Shown: positions 11,520-22,170 of the stretch, in pieces
Layout of the letters: the number at the start of each line of letters is the position of its first letter
Position numbering within the stretch: position 1 is the stretch's first letter
NCBI GenBank assembly: GCA_010093745.1
Contig: MU005961.1
Span: 372,001 to 436,000 of the forward strand
From: Piedraia hortae CBS 480.64
Lineage: Eukaryota
Direction: 5' to 3'
DNA length: 64,000 nucleotides
The notes under the pieces: model-generated
Database searches by the model: none
Seen by the model: only the letters and a program-made list of their open reading frames with translations
What the model was told of the DNA's origin: nothing
Program-made: the position numbers and the translations under genes

Positions 11520-13982
11520 ATGCTGCCGTCGAGGTCAAATAACGCCTCCCGACGCTCTTCACTTTCTCCGTTGCCGAATGCGACTGGAATGCCGTCTCAT
11601 ACCCGCTCTTCGTCACAGCTGACGGCTTCTCATGCGCGCCAGGAGTCAATTCCTTCAGTCCCTTCAACGGCGGGGCAGACACATGGATGGGATGGTCCAT
11701 ACCCCGGCCCTGCAGAGCGTGCCAAGCTGCTGGAGCCCGGTCCCCCACGCGTGGCCCAGCCCGTTGTCAGCCAGTTTCCCCCAAACAGCCCGCAGCAGCA
11801 TGTGGAATACGTCCTTGTTGCGAGCTTCGACATTGACCGCGGCTCCGTTATGGAAAGACAGTACCCGGGCCCCGTGGGCGGCGACGAGCACATGCTGGCT
11901 GAACTCATGCTTCCAGAGGGAACCCATATGCGCAGCCAGGACTGGACCATCTTCTTTCTCCATCCAGACTCGGAAACGAACAAGACAGACCGACCTAGGC
12001 GGCGGCGCAAAATTGATAGCGAAGACGAAACTGATGAAGACAATGATGCGGATGAACCAGATGTTGGCAGCAGGGTCGGCTCCGACGAGGTCTCAGATGG
12101 TCCGCCGCTTGTCTATGTACTGAATCTTGTGAATACAAAGCAGGACACGAGCGTCAAGCGGGGTGCAGTAGTCAAGGCCATGGCGATATGTACGCGACAT
12201 GCTTTTCTTCACATATATAAGCCCCTTTTGCTTCTGGGGCTGGAGCAGTACTTTGCAAACCCGACCATGGACACGTTGGCCAGTCTCTACCACGCTGTCA
12301 ACAACATGGACCTCTCGCTGATGCCAAAGCTGAACGTTTGGGAGAAATATATTCTGCAATCTACAGATGCCAGAGATTTATTTATTGAGAAATTTGAAGC
12401 GATGATTGCTCAACGTACGCAGAATGGCTCCCTCCCACCACCGTCCCCTACGGGTCAGTCGTACCGGCTGGGACTACCCAGAGACACTCACGAATTGGAA
12501 AGCGTGGTGCATTATGCCAACGTACCGGTGCCGGTAAAAGTGCCCGTTGCCTTGGCTTGCGAGACGGTGGGCGATTTTAGTCTCATCAAGCTGATTACGA
12601 TATTCAGCACGCCGCATTCGACTTCTCCCGTTCCATTCAGCCCTCCCCATCCGCACTTGACCACCAACGGACCACTCACACACCCAATTATTGTATTATT
12701 AAACGCATTATTGACCCAAAAACGGGTTCTGTTTCTCGGCCACAACATGCCCTCCAGCGAGGTTGCTGAAGCTGTCTTGGGTGCCTGTGCTTTGGCTAGC
12801 GGTGGCATCTTGAAAGGTTTCACCCGCCATGCATTTCCCTACACCGATCTCAGCAAGATTGACGATCTACTTCAAGTGCCCGGTTTCATTGCCGGCGTCA
12901 CCAATCCCGTGTTCCAGGACCAGCCCCAGTGGTGGGACTTGATCTGTGATTTGGGCACAGGCAGGATGAAGATATCCAGTCGGCTTGAACAGCCTCCGCC
13001 CAGTGAAGGCGTCATGTTCTTCCATTCTCAGCAGAAAAATGGCGGCAGCTATGGCTCAATGGGACCTGGCGGAGGCAGTAACACGAACACCACCTCCAGC
13101 GGCTCCCACGCTTCCACGGGACTCAGCAGCAACTCGGGCAACTCCAACAGCGGGACTTTTGGCGACGCAACGGGGGACATTGCCTTTATGGCGTCTCTGC
13201 TGAAAGCGATAGAGGAACGCCATGGGGAGAACGCCATCCGAGCCCGGTTCAGAAAGTGGGTAGTCAAGTTCATCCGCATAGCGGCGGCGTTCGAGGAGAC
13301 TGTTTACGGAGCATCTGCCTTGGCCGTCCAAAGCGTACCGCCGACGCCCACGACGCCTTTTGCTGAGAGCTCTCCCTTTGCCTTTCCAACGCCCACAAGC
13401 CTCAAGAGCAAGTCATCGGGCGGCCTGGATGGCGAAGCGGCCGAGCCCGGCGGCGGACATGGTTACATTTGGTCCTCAGCAGCGTTGAAGACGGCTGAGC
13501 TAGCGGCCAACGCAGCACGCATCGAAGGCTGGCGCAACAAACGTAGCTACCGCGCTTTTGTGGCGGAGCTCAGCGAACACCACAACAACTACCATTCACA
13601 CGTCGGTAGCAAGGCCGTCGACCTGCAGCATCTGCACGACAAGCTGGCCAAGCTGCGGCTGGGACCTGAAGCCTCGGCCCAGCTCTATCACGCCCTTGCC
13701 GCTGCCGTCCGCACTGAACGTGACGTCCTGCAGCTCCTCACCGTGGTCGTAAACTCTACCTGGGACCCAAAGGGGAACCCAGCCGGCCCTGGAAGCCCGG
13801 GGGTCGGCCTCTTCTACATTGTCCTCGGCCTTTCACACCCTTACCCAGAAGTCCGCGCCGCTACGGCCAAGCTCCTCGACCGCATCCAGGGCCATGAAGC
13901 CGGGCGGCACTTTTGGAACCAAGTGGGCAGAGCAGGCAAGTCGGCGTGGAGAAGGATCATAGAAGCCCGAAGTGGCGAGTAA
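11520..13982 (+). CDS. mesA: MesA/Afi1 polarity-axis stabilisation protein (DENN-related)
   Basis: Motifs VEYVLVASFDIDRGSVMERQYP, LAELMLP, QDWTIFFL, RGAVVKAMAICTRH, HAFPYTDL, GFIAGVTNP. Confidence 0.88.
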   Translation: MLPSRSNNASRRSSLSPLPNATGMPSHTRSSSQLTASHARQESIPSVPSTAGQTHGWDGPYPGPAERAKLLEPGPPRVAQPVVSQFPPNSPQQHVEYVLVASFDIDRGSVMERQYPGPVGGDEHMLAELMLPEGTHMRSQDWTIFFLHPDSETNKTDRPRRRRKIDSEDETDEDNDADEPDVGSRVGSDEVSDGPPLVYVLNLVNTKQDTSVKRGAVVKAMAICTRHAFLHIYKPLLLLGLEQYFANPTMDTLASLYHAVNNMDLSLMPKLNVWEKYILQSTDARDLFIEKFEAMIAQRTQNGSLPPPSPTGQSYRLGLPRDTHELESVVHYANVPVPVKVPVALACETVGDFSLIKLITIFSTPHSTSPVPFSPPHPHLTTNGPLTHPIIVLLNALLTQKRVLFLGHNMPSSEVAEAVLGACALASGGILKGFTRHAFPYTDLSKIDDLLQVPGFIAGVTNPVFQDQPQWWDLICDLGTGRMKISSRLEQPPPSEGVMFFHSQQKNGGSYGSMGPGGGSNTNTTSSGSHASTGLSSNSGNSNSGTFGDATGDIAFMASLLKAIEERHGENAIRARFRKWVVKFIRIAAAFEETVYGASALAVQSVPPTPTTPFAESSPFAFPTPTSLKSKSSGGLDGEAAEPGGGHGYIWSSAALKTAELAANAARIEGWRNKRSYRAFVAELSEHHNNYHSHVGSKAVDLQHLHDKLAKLRLGPEASAQLYHALAAAVRTERDVLQLLTVVVNSTWDPKGNPAGPGSPGVGLFYIVLGLSHPYPEVRAATAKLLDRIQGHEAGRHFWNQVGRAGKSAWRRIIEARSGE

Positions 13983-14098
13983 ACCTGGATGGAACTGTAC
14001 ACTGCAGAAGGAAGCGTGGGGGTTATACCGTGGGGGTCTGTAATTCTCATGATTTACAGGGTGACCAGCCCCTACAAGTATCGTACACTTGTGTGTTT

Positions 14099-15101
14099 TT
14101 ATAAGTTGAGGCCGAACCTCTCTGAGCCATCTTCATCTCCCTCAGCGCCAGCGCTGTTGTTCCCACCTTCCTGCTCCTCGAACGGAGCCTGCTGTTCCGA
14201 CGAACTCGCCTCTCCCGCCGGTGGCATCTGCACCTGCTGAAGCTGTTGGTGTTGCTGTACATTCACCGTCGCTCCAGCCGCCGAAGAGGACGCATGGTGA
14301 TGGTGTCCGCCTTCACCCCTAGCGACAAGATGCTCACGATAACGCATCAGATACGTCTTCATGATCTCGCTGTAGTTTTCAAAGCCCAGCGACAACATGG
14401 CGAAGATGATGTCCTCTCCGTTTACCGTCTTTCGTTTTTCTTGCTGGCATTTTTCGGATGCTTGAAGGAAAATTGGATTAGTTCTAACCAAACGAGAATG
14501 AGACAACGTACCTTCGGACGTGATGAAGGAGATGAACTCAGACACGCACTCTTGCATGCATTCCTTTGCCTCTTTTGATATTTTTGCATTTTCGGGAAGC
14601 GCCGTTTTCATAATGCGCGCGACTGGGGCAAAGTTATGAATGTTAGCGTCATTGTCCATTGACATTTTGCTACGTTTGATTTGGTTGGGGGAGGGCATTT
14701 CTTCTCTTTCCTTCTACCTCGGTCTTTCGCTCTCTCCTCCCCACGGGGTATATGTCGTTGCGTGGGGGTTTGTAAAAGAACACGAACGAGTGGGGGTTTA
14801 TCATTCCATCCTGCCGTGCAACGACAACCCACCCAACAACCCATCTGCAAGGGGAACAAGAGAAAAATATAGAAAAGTACTCACCGTTAGCAATCGGCAA
14901 CCAACGATCCTGTTCCTTAAGTTCGAAATCGTAACCGTAAGCTGCATCATCTTCTCTCTGAGGTTTGGTAGAATCGCTCTGCTGTGCAGTGTCACTTTCA
15001 CCAGTATTACCCCCACCTTGTGCTCCCACGGGGGTATCTCTTTCATCCTCATCCCCTCCCCTGGGCGGAGGCGGCGTCGTCGTAGCCGTTTCGTTTGACA
15101 T
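14099..15101 (-). CDS. HAP3: CCAAT-binding factor subunit Hap3/HapC/NF-YB; 3 exons (introns 14623-14884 and 14461-14511)
   Basis: Spliced histone fold [18 protein letters not shown]...[26 protein letters not shown]...RKTVNGEDI. Confidence 0.95.
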
Positions 15102-18100
15102 TTTTTAAATTTCCCCACTCACTCCCACGCAGTCCTGCAGCTACCGTTTTTTTCTTGTCCCTCCCCCACCCCTTCCCCTCTTTTTCTTTCCCCACAAGTT
15201 ACTGGTCACACCACGCCGCCGTCGTGTAACTCGCCCGGCACTCGTTTTCCGGAGATACCGGATCGCTTTGCCGGTCGTTATTTTCCCCTCTCTGGTAACA
15301 ATAACTTCTAGGTCCTTGGTTCTCTATCGCTCGGCTGGCTCCTTCGTTGGATGACTGCTGGATTGGGAGAGAGGTTACGTCCAAGGAGAGTTTCCCGTCC
15401 CGGAGATTATTCCGCGCTTACATCGAGCGGTTACTCCCGCCCCCACGTTGCGCAACGACTGCCGTGTTCCCGGTTGGTCGTTTGTATGGATCATGGAGGG
15501 TATTCTGTCCTGGTAAGATGGCTGTTCCTGATCATTGCACCTGGTTGATGTCGTAATGTGAATTCCCGCTTGGCTATGTTGGTAGCAAACTTTCCTCGCC
15601 AGTGGACTCTGGTCGTCTCGTCTGTACCAGCTCGTGTCTGAAGAGCTTAGTGAGGCAGGGGAAAGTCTTGCGTGAATCCTGCTGCAGCTGTCAAGAGAGG
15701 CTGAATAAAGATTGTTCCGAAGATACAGGCCAGCAGCGGCGGTATGAATCCTGAGAGCTGATTGTTTCAAAATTAGTTCCTTGAACATTGGTTCAGTAGA
15801 ACGGCTACGTGCGCTTTCCCTCACCTCCTGCAAAATCTGACATCATATCAAACCTTGAAACCCGGAGATGACGTTTGCATGAACCTTAACAGAAGAGGAT
15901 ATACCCTCAGTGATGAAACACCGACCCTGGGAAAAGGTCGACCCTCGATCGATGCCCTGTTACCCCCATACGAATGATTAGGCCGCGGAAATCTTGTTCA
16001 AGAAATTCATACCCTCTCATGGACTCGGGACATGACAATCGTTATCCGTGCAGACTGGATATGCATCTCCTCAACGAAGTTATATCCCGAGGGTTGCCTG
16101 CAACGATTCCTTTGGGATGACATCTCGCCTAGCAATTTCACCCGCAAAACAGCTCTCAGGCCACACCGTCATATCTGTCCCTTGATCAAAACTTACGGAA
16201 AACTTTGCATCCAAGCTCCTCATTCGACTTTACCTTCATTCTATGCGGAATATACTCTCCGAAGTAGACCCGTTCAAAACCCCCCCTCCTCCACAACCTC
16301 ACCGAACCTGACCGAAAAAATTATACACTCTCTGCAGAGCGGCGAAAAGGGCTTCGCAGTAATACACTTTAAAGCGGTTGGTGGGTCAGTGTGCGTGTGC
16401 ACGTGCAAATGCGGAAAGCGGAGACTAGTGGCACCTTGGTGGGACCGTGTCGTGGTTTCGTCTAGGGGGAAAGTCTTTGCGGTGGGGAGGATGATGTCGA
16501 GGTTGAGAGATTGCTTGGCGCGGAGACTTCGGGTAGGTGATTGCGATTGAACTGATGACCAGCTGTGGGGGTATTTGATCGGGATTGGAGATTCCGTCGC
16601 TACGAATGTCTAAATGAATATTGATGAGGTTATGGAAAGAAGCGCAGAAAGAGGCTGGATCTATTAAAACCCCCCCCCTCCCCCTTCCTGTATGAATCAC
16701 ACTATTCTCTCTAAACCAGCCAATCGTCATTCTGTTGAAAGTGAGGCAGTCCCGCACGACAGTAGCAATAACAATCTGTATATCAATAGTCAGGTGAACG
16801 AAGCTAAGGGCGTGTTCGATTGATTTATGTATACCTAGAATCTTATCAATGGAGTCAAGAACTGTTCAAAGAGATCCGAGCTTCATTCACTATGAAACGA
16901 CATCGACCTATCTCGCGATCTTCATAACCTTCAAGTTGGGAGCGTAATGCTATGGAATCTGCCCTAAACCTTTTATCATAGTCGGTATGAGTCAATTGTA
17001 GCATTTAGCAACAGTAGTTGGATGCTTGCTCGTTGAAATTTTCCAGAGCAATGAAATTTTTAGCGGCCTTCAGGTAGAGGTATTTGGGCCTCGCTGGAAT
17101 TGGTGGTGTGAGGCGGCAGAAAAATTAGTAGAAGTTTTTCAGCTGCTTTGCCAAAGGCGAAGAGAATTTCAGCCGTAATCTCGTCTGCATTACGGAATGT
17201 ACAAGGTTTTGTTCCTGAGATCACATTTGCTGAGAACAGGGAGCGCAAAGTCGACGGAATATGTCACGCATTTGGAAAACATGTCTCCAACCCAGTCAAT
17301 ATAGATGCTGCTGATTTCCGAAGATGGCGAGGAAATATCAAAGATCAGTCTGTGTTTGGACTTGTGAGATGCGGCATCTTGACAAGCCCCGGTTAAGAAC
17401 CATAAGTTCACGGGTGAATAAAGTGTGGGCCCCTCTGATCCTCTGCTGAAGCTCACCATCAAACTCATTCGTGTCCACGGTGAGTTATGTTACGTTAATC
17501 TGGAACGATATACAATAATGATATACCCCTTTGGTAATTGTCATATGTTGAGGACTTGCCGGGAAATGAGGCTAAGTCATCATCGACACCCTAATAAGCG
17601 TTCCCAGCCTGGTGTTGATGTTGATGTGATAATCAATGATCCCCTTGACATGGTGCAGAGGGCAACTGTGGAGGTGTCCGAGGTGCATGCAGCTCAGGAT
17701 AGTTGAACCAGTTCGTGGAGGATAGGCTGCATGTCTACGATGCACTACATCTTAGACCGGCCCAGCGAAGATAATACTGCTTTCGAAAAGAGTGTCATTA
17801 GCTTCTTCAAGCAATGCAGTAAATTGCGGGATTTACGGGATTTGAACACTTCTTGAAGTTTGGAGTTGCAAACTGTTCAGGTGTTGAGCTGCGAAAATTC
17901 CTGATGAGCCTTCTGGGACGGAACATATCGCACATCCACCCGGGCTTTTGTAACTCATGGCAGTTGATGGGAATACAAATAAAGTTTCAAGACTCGACTG
18001 ATAGCGAAGATGCCATACTTGCAATTGGTGTGATCAAAATCATCCAAATTCTGGCTGTCGGTCTTGTTAGTAGTGTCGTTCAAATTTCCATGCTTCCGTC

Positions 18101-18379
18101 CAGAGTTCGTGCCGTATTCGCAGGATGATTTTATTTGAATCCAGCGCAGTGAGTGTACCGGGCCAAGTTTAATGAAGCCGCTCCGTTGATGGTGGCCGCG
18201 GCCATACATAGTGGTCTCCGCTGTCGCTTTTGCCATTGATAGGGGTTCGGTGAAGTAGGTTATGCAAAGCAGTTTGGGTCAACTGCTAGGAGCTCGTGAG
18301 CAAAGCCAGCGGTAACTTCTTCCAAAATATAATCTCTGCTCCCATCTAACGAGATGACTAGATACAAGCATTCGCGTCT

Positions 18380-19330
18380 TTGGCTCGTCAACTTTACAGC
18401 CTGTCATTACTCGCGAAATTCCTGAACCGAACGGGTCTGGTTATGAGCAACTTGCCTCGCAGCACGGGCAATAATGTCAATGAGATTAGAATCACCCCTG
18501 CTACTCGGACTAGCCGACTCTCAATGTTTTCCGGTATATTGCTGCGCTTTCTGTTTTCGGCAGGTGGTACAAGAAAAATTACCCAGCATACCGAAACATC
18601 ATAACCATGAGCTATTCCCATGGGCGAAGATTCTGTTGTTGAGCTGCTTGCTCTTGTTGGCTGCATTCAGTCGAATAGCCTCCTTGTCGCAGATGAGGAC
18701 AAGCCAGATTGTGCAGCAGCGTTTAGGTTGCTTCAGTCAGATCGAGACTAATCTCCTGTAGCGGATGAAAACTTAACTGATGGTCTCCGGAGTCTTGGTT
18801 TGTACTCCTCACCACGGTTAGTTCGTAATCATCATAGCATTGGGCGCTTGAAAAACTGTTCTTGCAATGACTTGTTCCCCATGAACCTTCCATGCAGAGC
18901 AATCAATCCGGTCAGCGGTCCAGTCGCCATGTACAGCTGCCGACAACCATAGCGAGCTTGTTGAGCATGCCGCTGCAACCATTTGATACTCAGACATGCC
19001 CTTGGCTCTGCCGACCGCCATTACTGCATGGTGGGAGCTCTGCTCACAGCCCTTACTCGGTCTGCAAAAACCTTGGCAACGAACGCTTGAAAGCTTGTCG
19101 ATTTTCCTGGTACTTGCTACCTATAGACTTCCCATGCAGAGCAGAAGAATGGCTACATGTACCATCGCTTCAGCAGTTCAGTAGCTGTACGTGGCTGCAA
19201 ATGACCATCACAACCTCGTCGAACATACCGCAACCTTCAGGCAGACTCTTTGATCCCCCGGACGTAAATACCTGTATAATCAGAGCGCTGTCCATGGCTG
19301 GTGCCCTTCATTCATGGAGACATAGGCGTA
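18380..19330 (-). pseudogene. Heavily decayed gene relic, possibly an SF1 (UPF1/DNA2-like) helicase, with an internal ~240-bp tandem duplication
   Basis: Broken-frame fragments resemble helicase motifs (MNEG, VMV(I/V)xS..QL, QFFKR, NLNAAA..GL/VLICD); many stops and frameshifts. The family call is weak. Confidence 0.3.
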
Positions 19331-19637
19331 TCCAAGTCTGTGTCGCTACTGTCCATTGTTCATGTCAGACTCCAGCGCACAGGGGCGGATGGACCACATC
19401 GGGCCAGAAGCCATTGTTCAGCGAAATGGCGTAACGACACGATAAGCCCCAACAATGCATCTCATTATTGTACTTCTCCTGAGAGGATTGAGGGTGAAAT
19501 AGCGGACGCGTCGTTAAAACTTGACCTGTAGAGCAGGATGAAGTGCGCCTGTGACTTTTCCTCTTGCACACACCCACCTTTCAGGACCATCATCCCAACC
19601 CTTATCGTCTCATCACGAACATCTCTTAAGTATTAAC

Positions 19638-20551
19638 ATGTCTCCCCGTGGGTCACGACTTACCTTCCTTTTGGAGCGGGCGTGTAACGCTCAAGCTGTG
19701 CGCCAAGATGGTAAGTCTAACGCACAACGCCGTAATTTCGCATATGCTTATATATCGTAGAGCGGCAGCAGGCGTCTGACCTCGAGTTACACCGCAAGGC
19801 CATTGAGGCCTCAAAAAGACACTATGCAGGGGGTACGGGGCTCTACGCCTTGTGGCCCGAAGCCAGCCGCCCTCCCGACCCTCCTGTGTTAACGCCTCCC
19901 GCCTCTCCCGGAAAAGACCCTGTCGCTTCAGAGCAGGATGATGACATTCCCCGCCACGACACCCCCCTCCATCCTCCCATTTTTGCCGACAGAGCCCTGC
20001 GGGACCCGTGGGACTCATGGGCTCGCAAGGACGAGTGGGAGGCCAAGACAGAGGCCCGGCGGAACGCTCGACGCCTATCCTTCAGTAAAGATGGAATTGT
20101 GCTGGCCAAGCAGCCAATCCCGCCGGGTGCTGCTCTTGATTCCGCTGCGGGCACGCCGGCTGGCTCCTCTGGCGCCGTGGAGGCTTGTCTGACCAAGAGT
20201 CTGACACCGCGCAAGCGCCAAGCCGCTCGGTATGTTTTCTCGTTTGGAGACTCAGTTCTTTTGTGAGGAGGCTTGCTGACGGTGCGGTTATGTAGCCTCC
20301 TTGTTCCGGCAGCAATCCCTGACCCGGACCTTATCGCCGCCAGGCCGACCTCCGAGCCGGCGCCCTTCCTAAAGCCACAGCAGCCGATCCCTATCCCGGG
20401 CGCTGTACAAATCCTGCCGCAGGAGCGGGCGAGGACATCGGCGCCGCATCGTCTGAGACAGTCCTTCCTCGAGTACGTGCGCACGCTGCAGGAGGGGAAC
20501 TATGACAATGAGGTGTTCGATAGTGAGGATGGGGAGAGCTACAGCGGCTAA
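19638..20551 (+). CDS. Hypothetical orphan protein, 3 exons (introns 19711-19760 and 20230-20295)
   Basis: GTAAGT..TAG and GTATGT..GCTGAC..TAG introns join three ORF segments in frame from ATG to TAA; no recognisable domain. Confidence 0.6.
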
Positions 20552-22170
20552 GAGGCTTTCATCCATTTCATATATGTTAGGGAGTGGGTTATGTACTTTT
20601 AATTCAGGAGGTTCTTGGCAGTTGCCATTTAGAGTTCAGGACCGGTTGAGTCTTACTTTGCGTTGCTGCATGCAGCTCTAACTTCTTGAAACTTTTTAAC
20701 GGACTTTAAATCGCCTGCCGGAGCTTGCTGAAAGATCATTCTGGCAGATTGTTTGCTGCTGAGCTTTTCAGGCTTCAGACTCCAAAGAGGATTTTTGGCA
20801 GAGCACTTGGGGTATGTACCATCATTCTTTGACTACCCCTTGCTTCCATGTAACTCATGTCTGGCAGACAGCCTTGCCCAAACCAAGTGCCTCACCCGAT
20901 GATAATCGAGTTGGTTACTGACTCGCAAACTGATAGGGCGATTCCTTCAAGCGTCAGAACGGCAGTGAGACCTTGAGATGACGAGAAGCTTCCTCCTCCG
21001 TCTCCGCTAGAGCGAGCGCTGTCGCTGCTACCGCCAAATGCCCTACGCTCGAGTCATTCTGCTTCGGCTCTGCCAGACGATCGATTTGCCCTCTATGGTG
21101 ATGGTAAATATCCAGCGTTTCTTGTGTCTGCTTGGAGCTCTGTGCGGCATTGGAGCTGCTAACACCACCATTACCCTCAGTACCGCCACCAATCTTCCTC
21201 TTCGTTCCCTCGAGCCATTATGCTCCCCAGCCGTTAGAGACGATCCGCTCGGCTGACTCATCAGCATTCAGCGACCATCCTTCTGTCACCGAGGGCTTTG
21301 CACTCTTTCTTCGCAGGGAAATGCGGGCTTATCTAGCCGTACTGCAGAACAAAGGCACTCCGTTGCGCAGACATGCTAAGCTCCCCAGCCATTGGGCGAT
21401 GAGAGCGTGCTCTACCAAATTACCCCACCGCCAAGCTACCACACTGCGGAACATCGGCCGCATTTGTGACGTAGCACATGTGAAAAATGCCTTGCGATGT
21501 GGAATGATCTTGGAAAGACGGTGTCAATCACATAGCCGATCGGGCTGGCTCGCCAATTATCATATATCATTTGTTTGAGACAGGTTTATCGTGGCTTTAT
21601 ATGAGACCTGGTCACGGGTATAGAAAATGGCTGACGGATGGTGCGACCAGGGCCAGGGCCGACCTTGGTCATCGTTATTTTCTTTTAGTACTGCATGACA
21701 TTGGCAAGAGATCTGCTTTGGCGCTCGAGGACGCTGGTCTTGCTCTCCTGGGAGATATTACACGGCGACCCGTAAATCTCGAAAGCCAGTCCTCCTTAGT
21801 TATGGGATTGTCAATGAAGTCGACTTTGCCGCTAACGGAAGCTGCTGAAATCCGACGCTTGGATCTCAGGCTATGCCGAAGAGTCGCATATCGCAAGATG
21901 CGCGACTCTACCCAGGACGTAATTCTAGCGGCGAGAGTGGAGACCTACGCCATAACTCTGCATGCGTTGAGATGTGCCAACGATGATGCGATTTGTTCAA
22001 CCAGTACACGCTTGTGGGTGGCCCGTGTACCTACCCTGGCCGTGGGTACGTAGCGAGTTTACTTGAGATGATGACTGGAAGTCTCTCTTCGTCAAGCACT
22101 TGGCGCATTGCCGCGACATCAAGTGGCTTGGACATGGGAATACAATCATTGTTATTGAATCAAAGCTACA

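Noticed and set aside
15300..18300. Coding-looking fragments here and at 20700-22100, 27000-28400 and 60400-62200
   Set aside because: Multiple stops in all frames and no motif that could be assigned.
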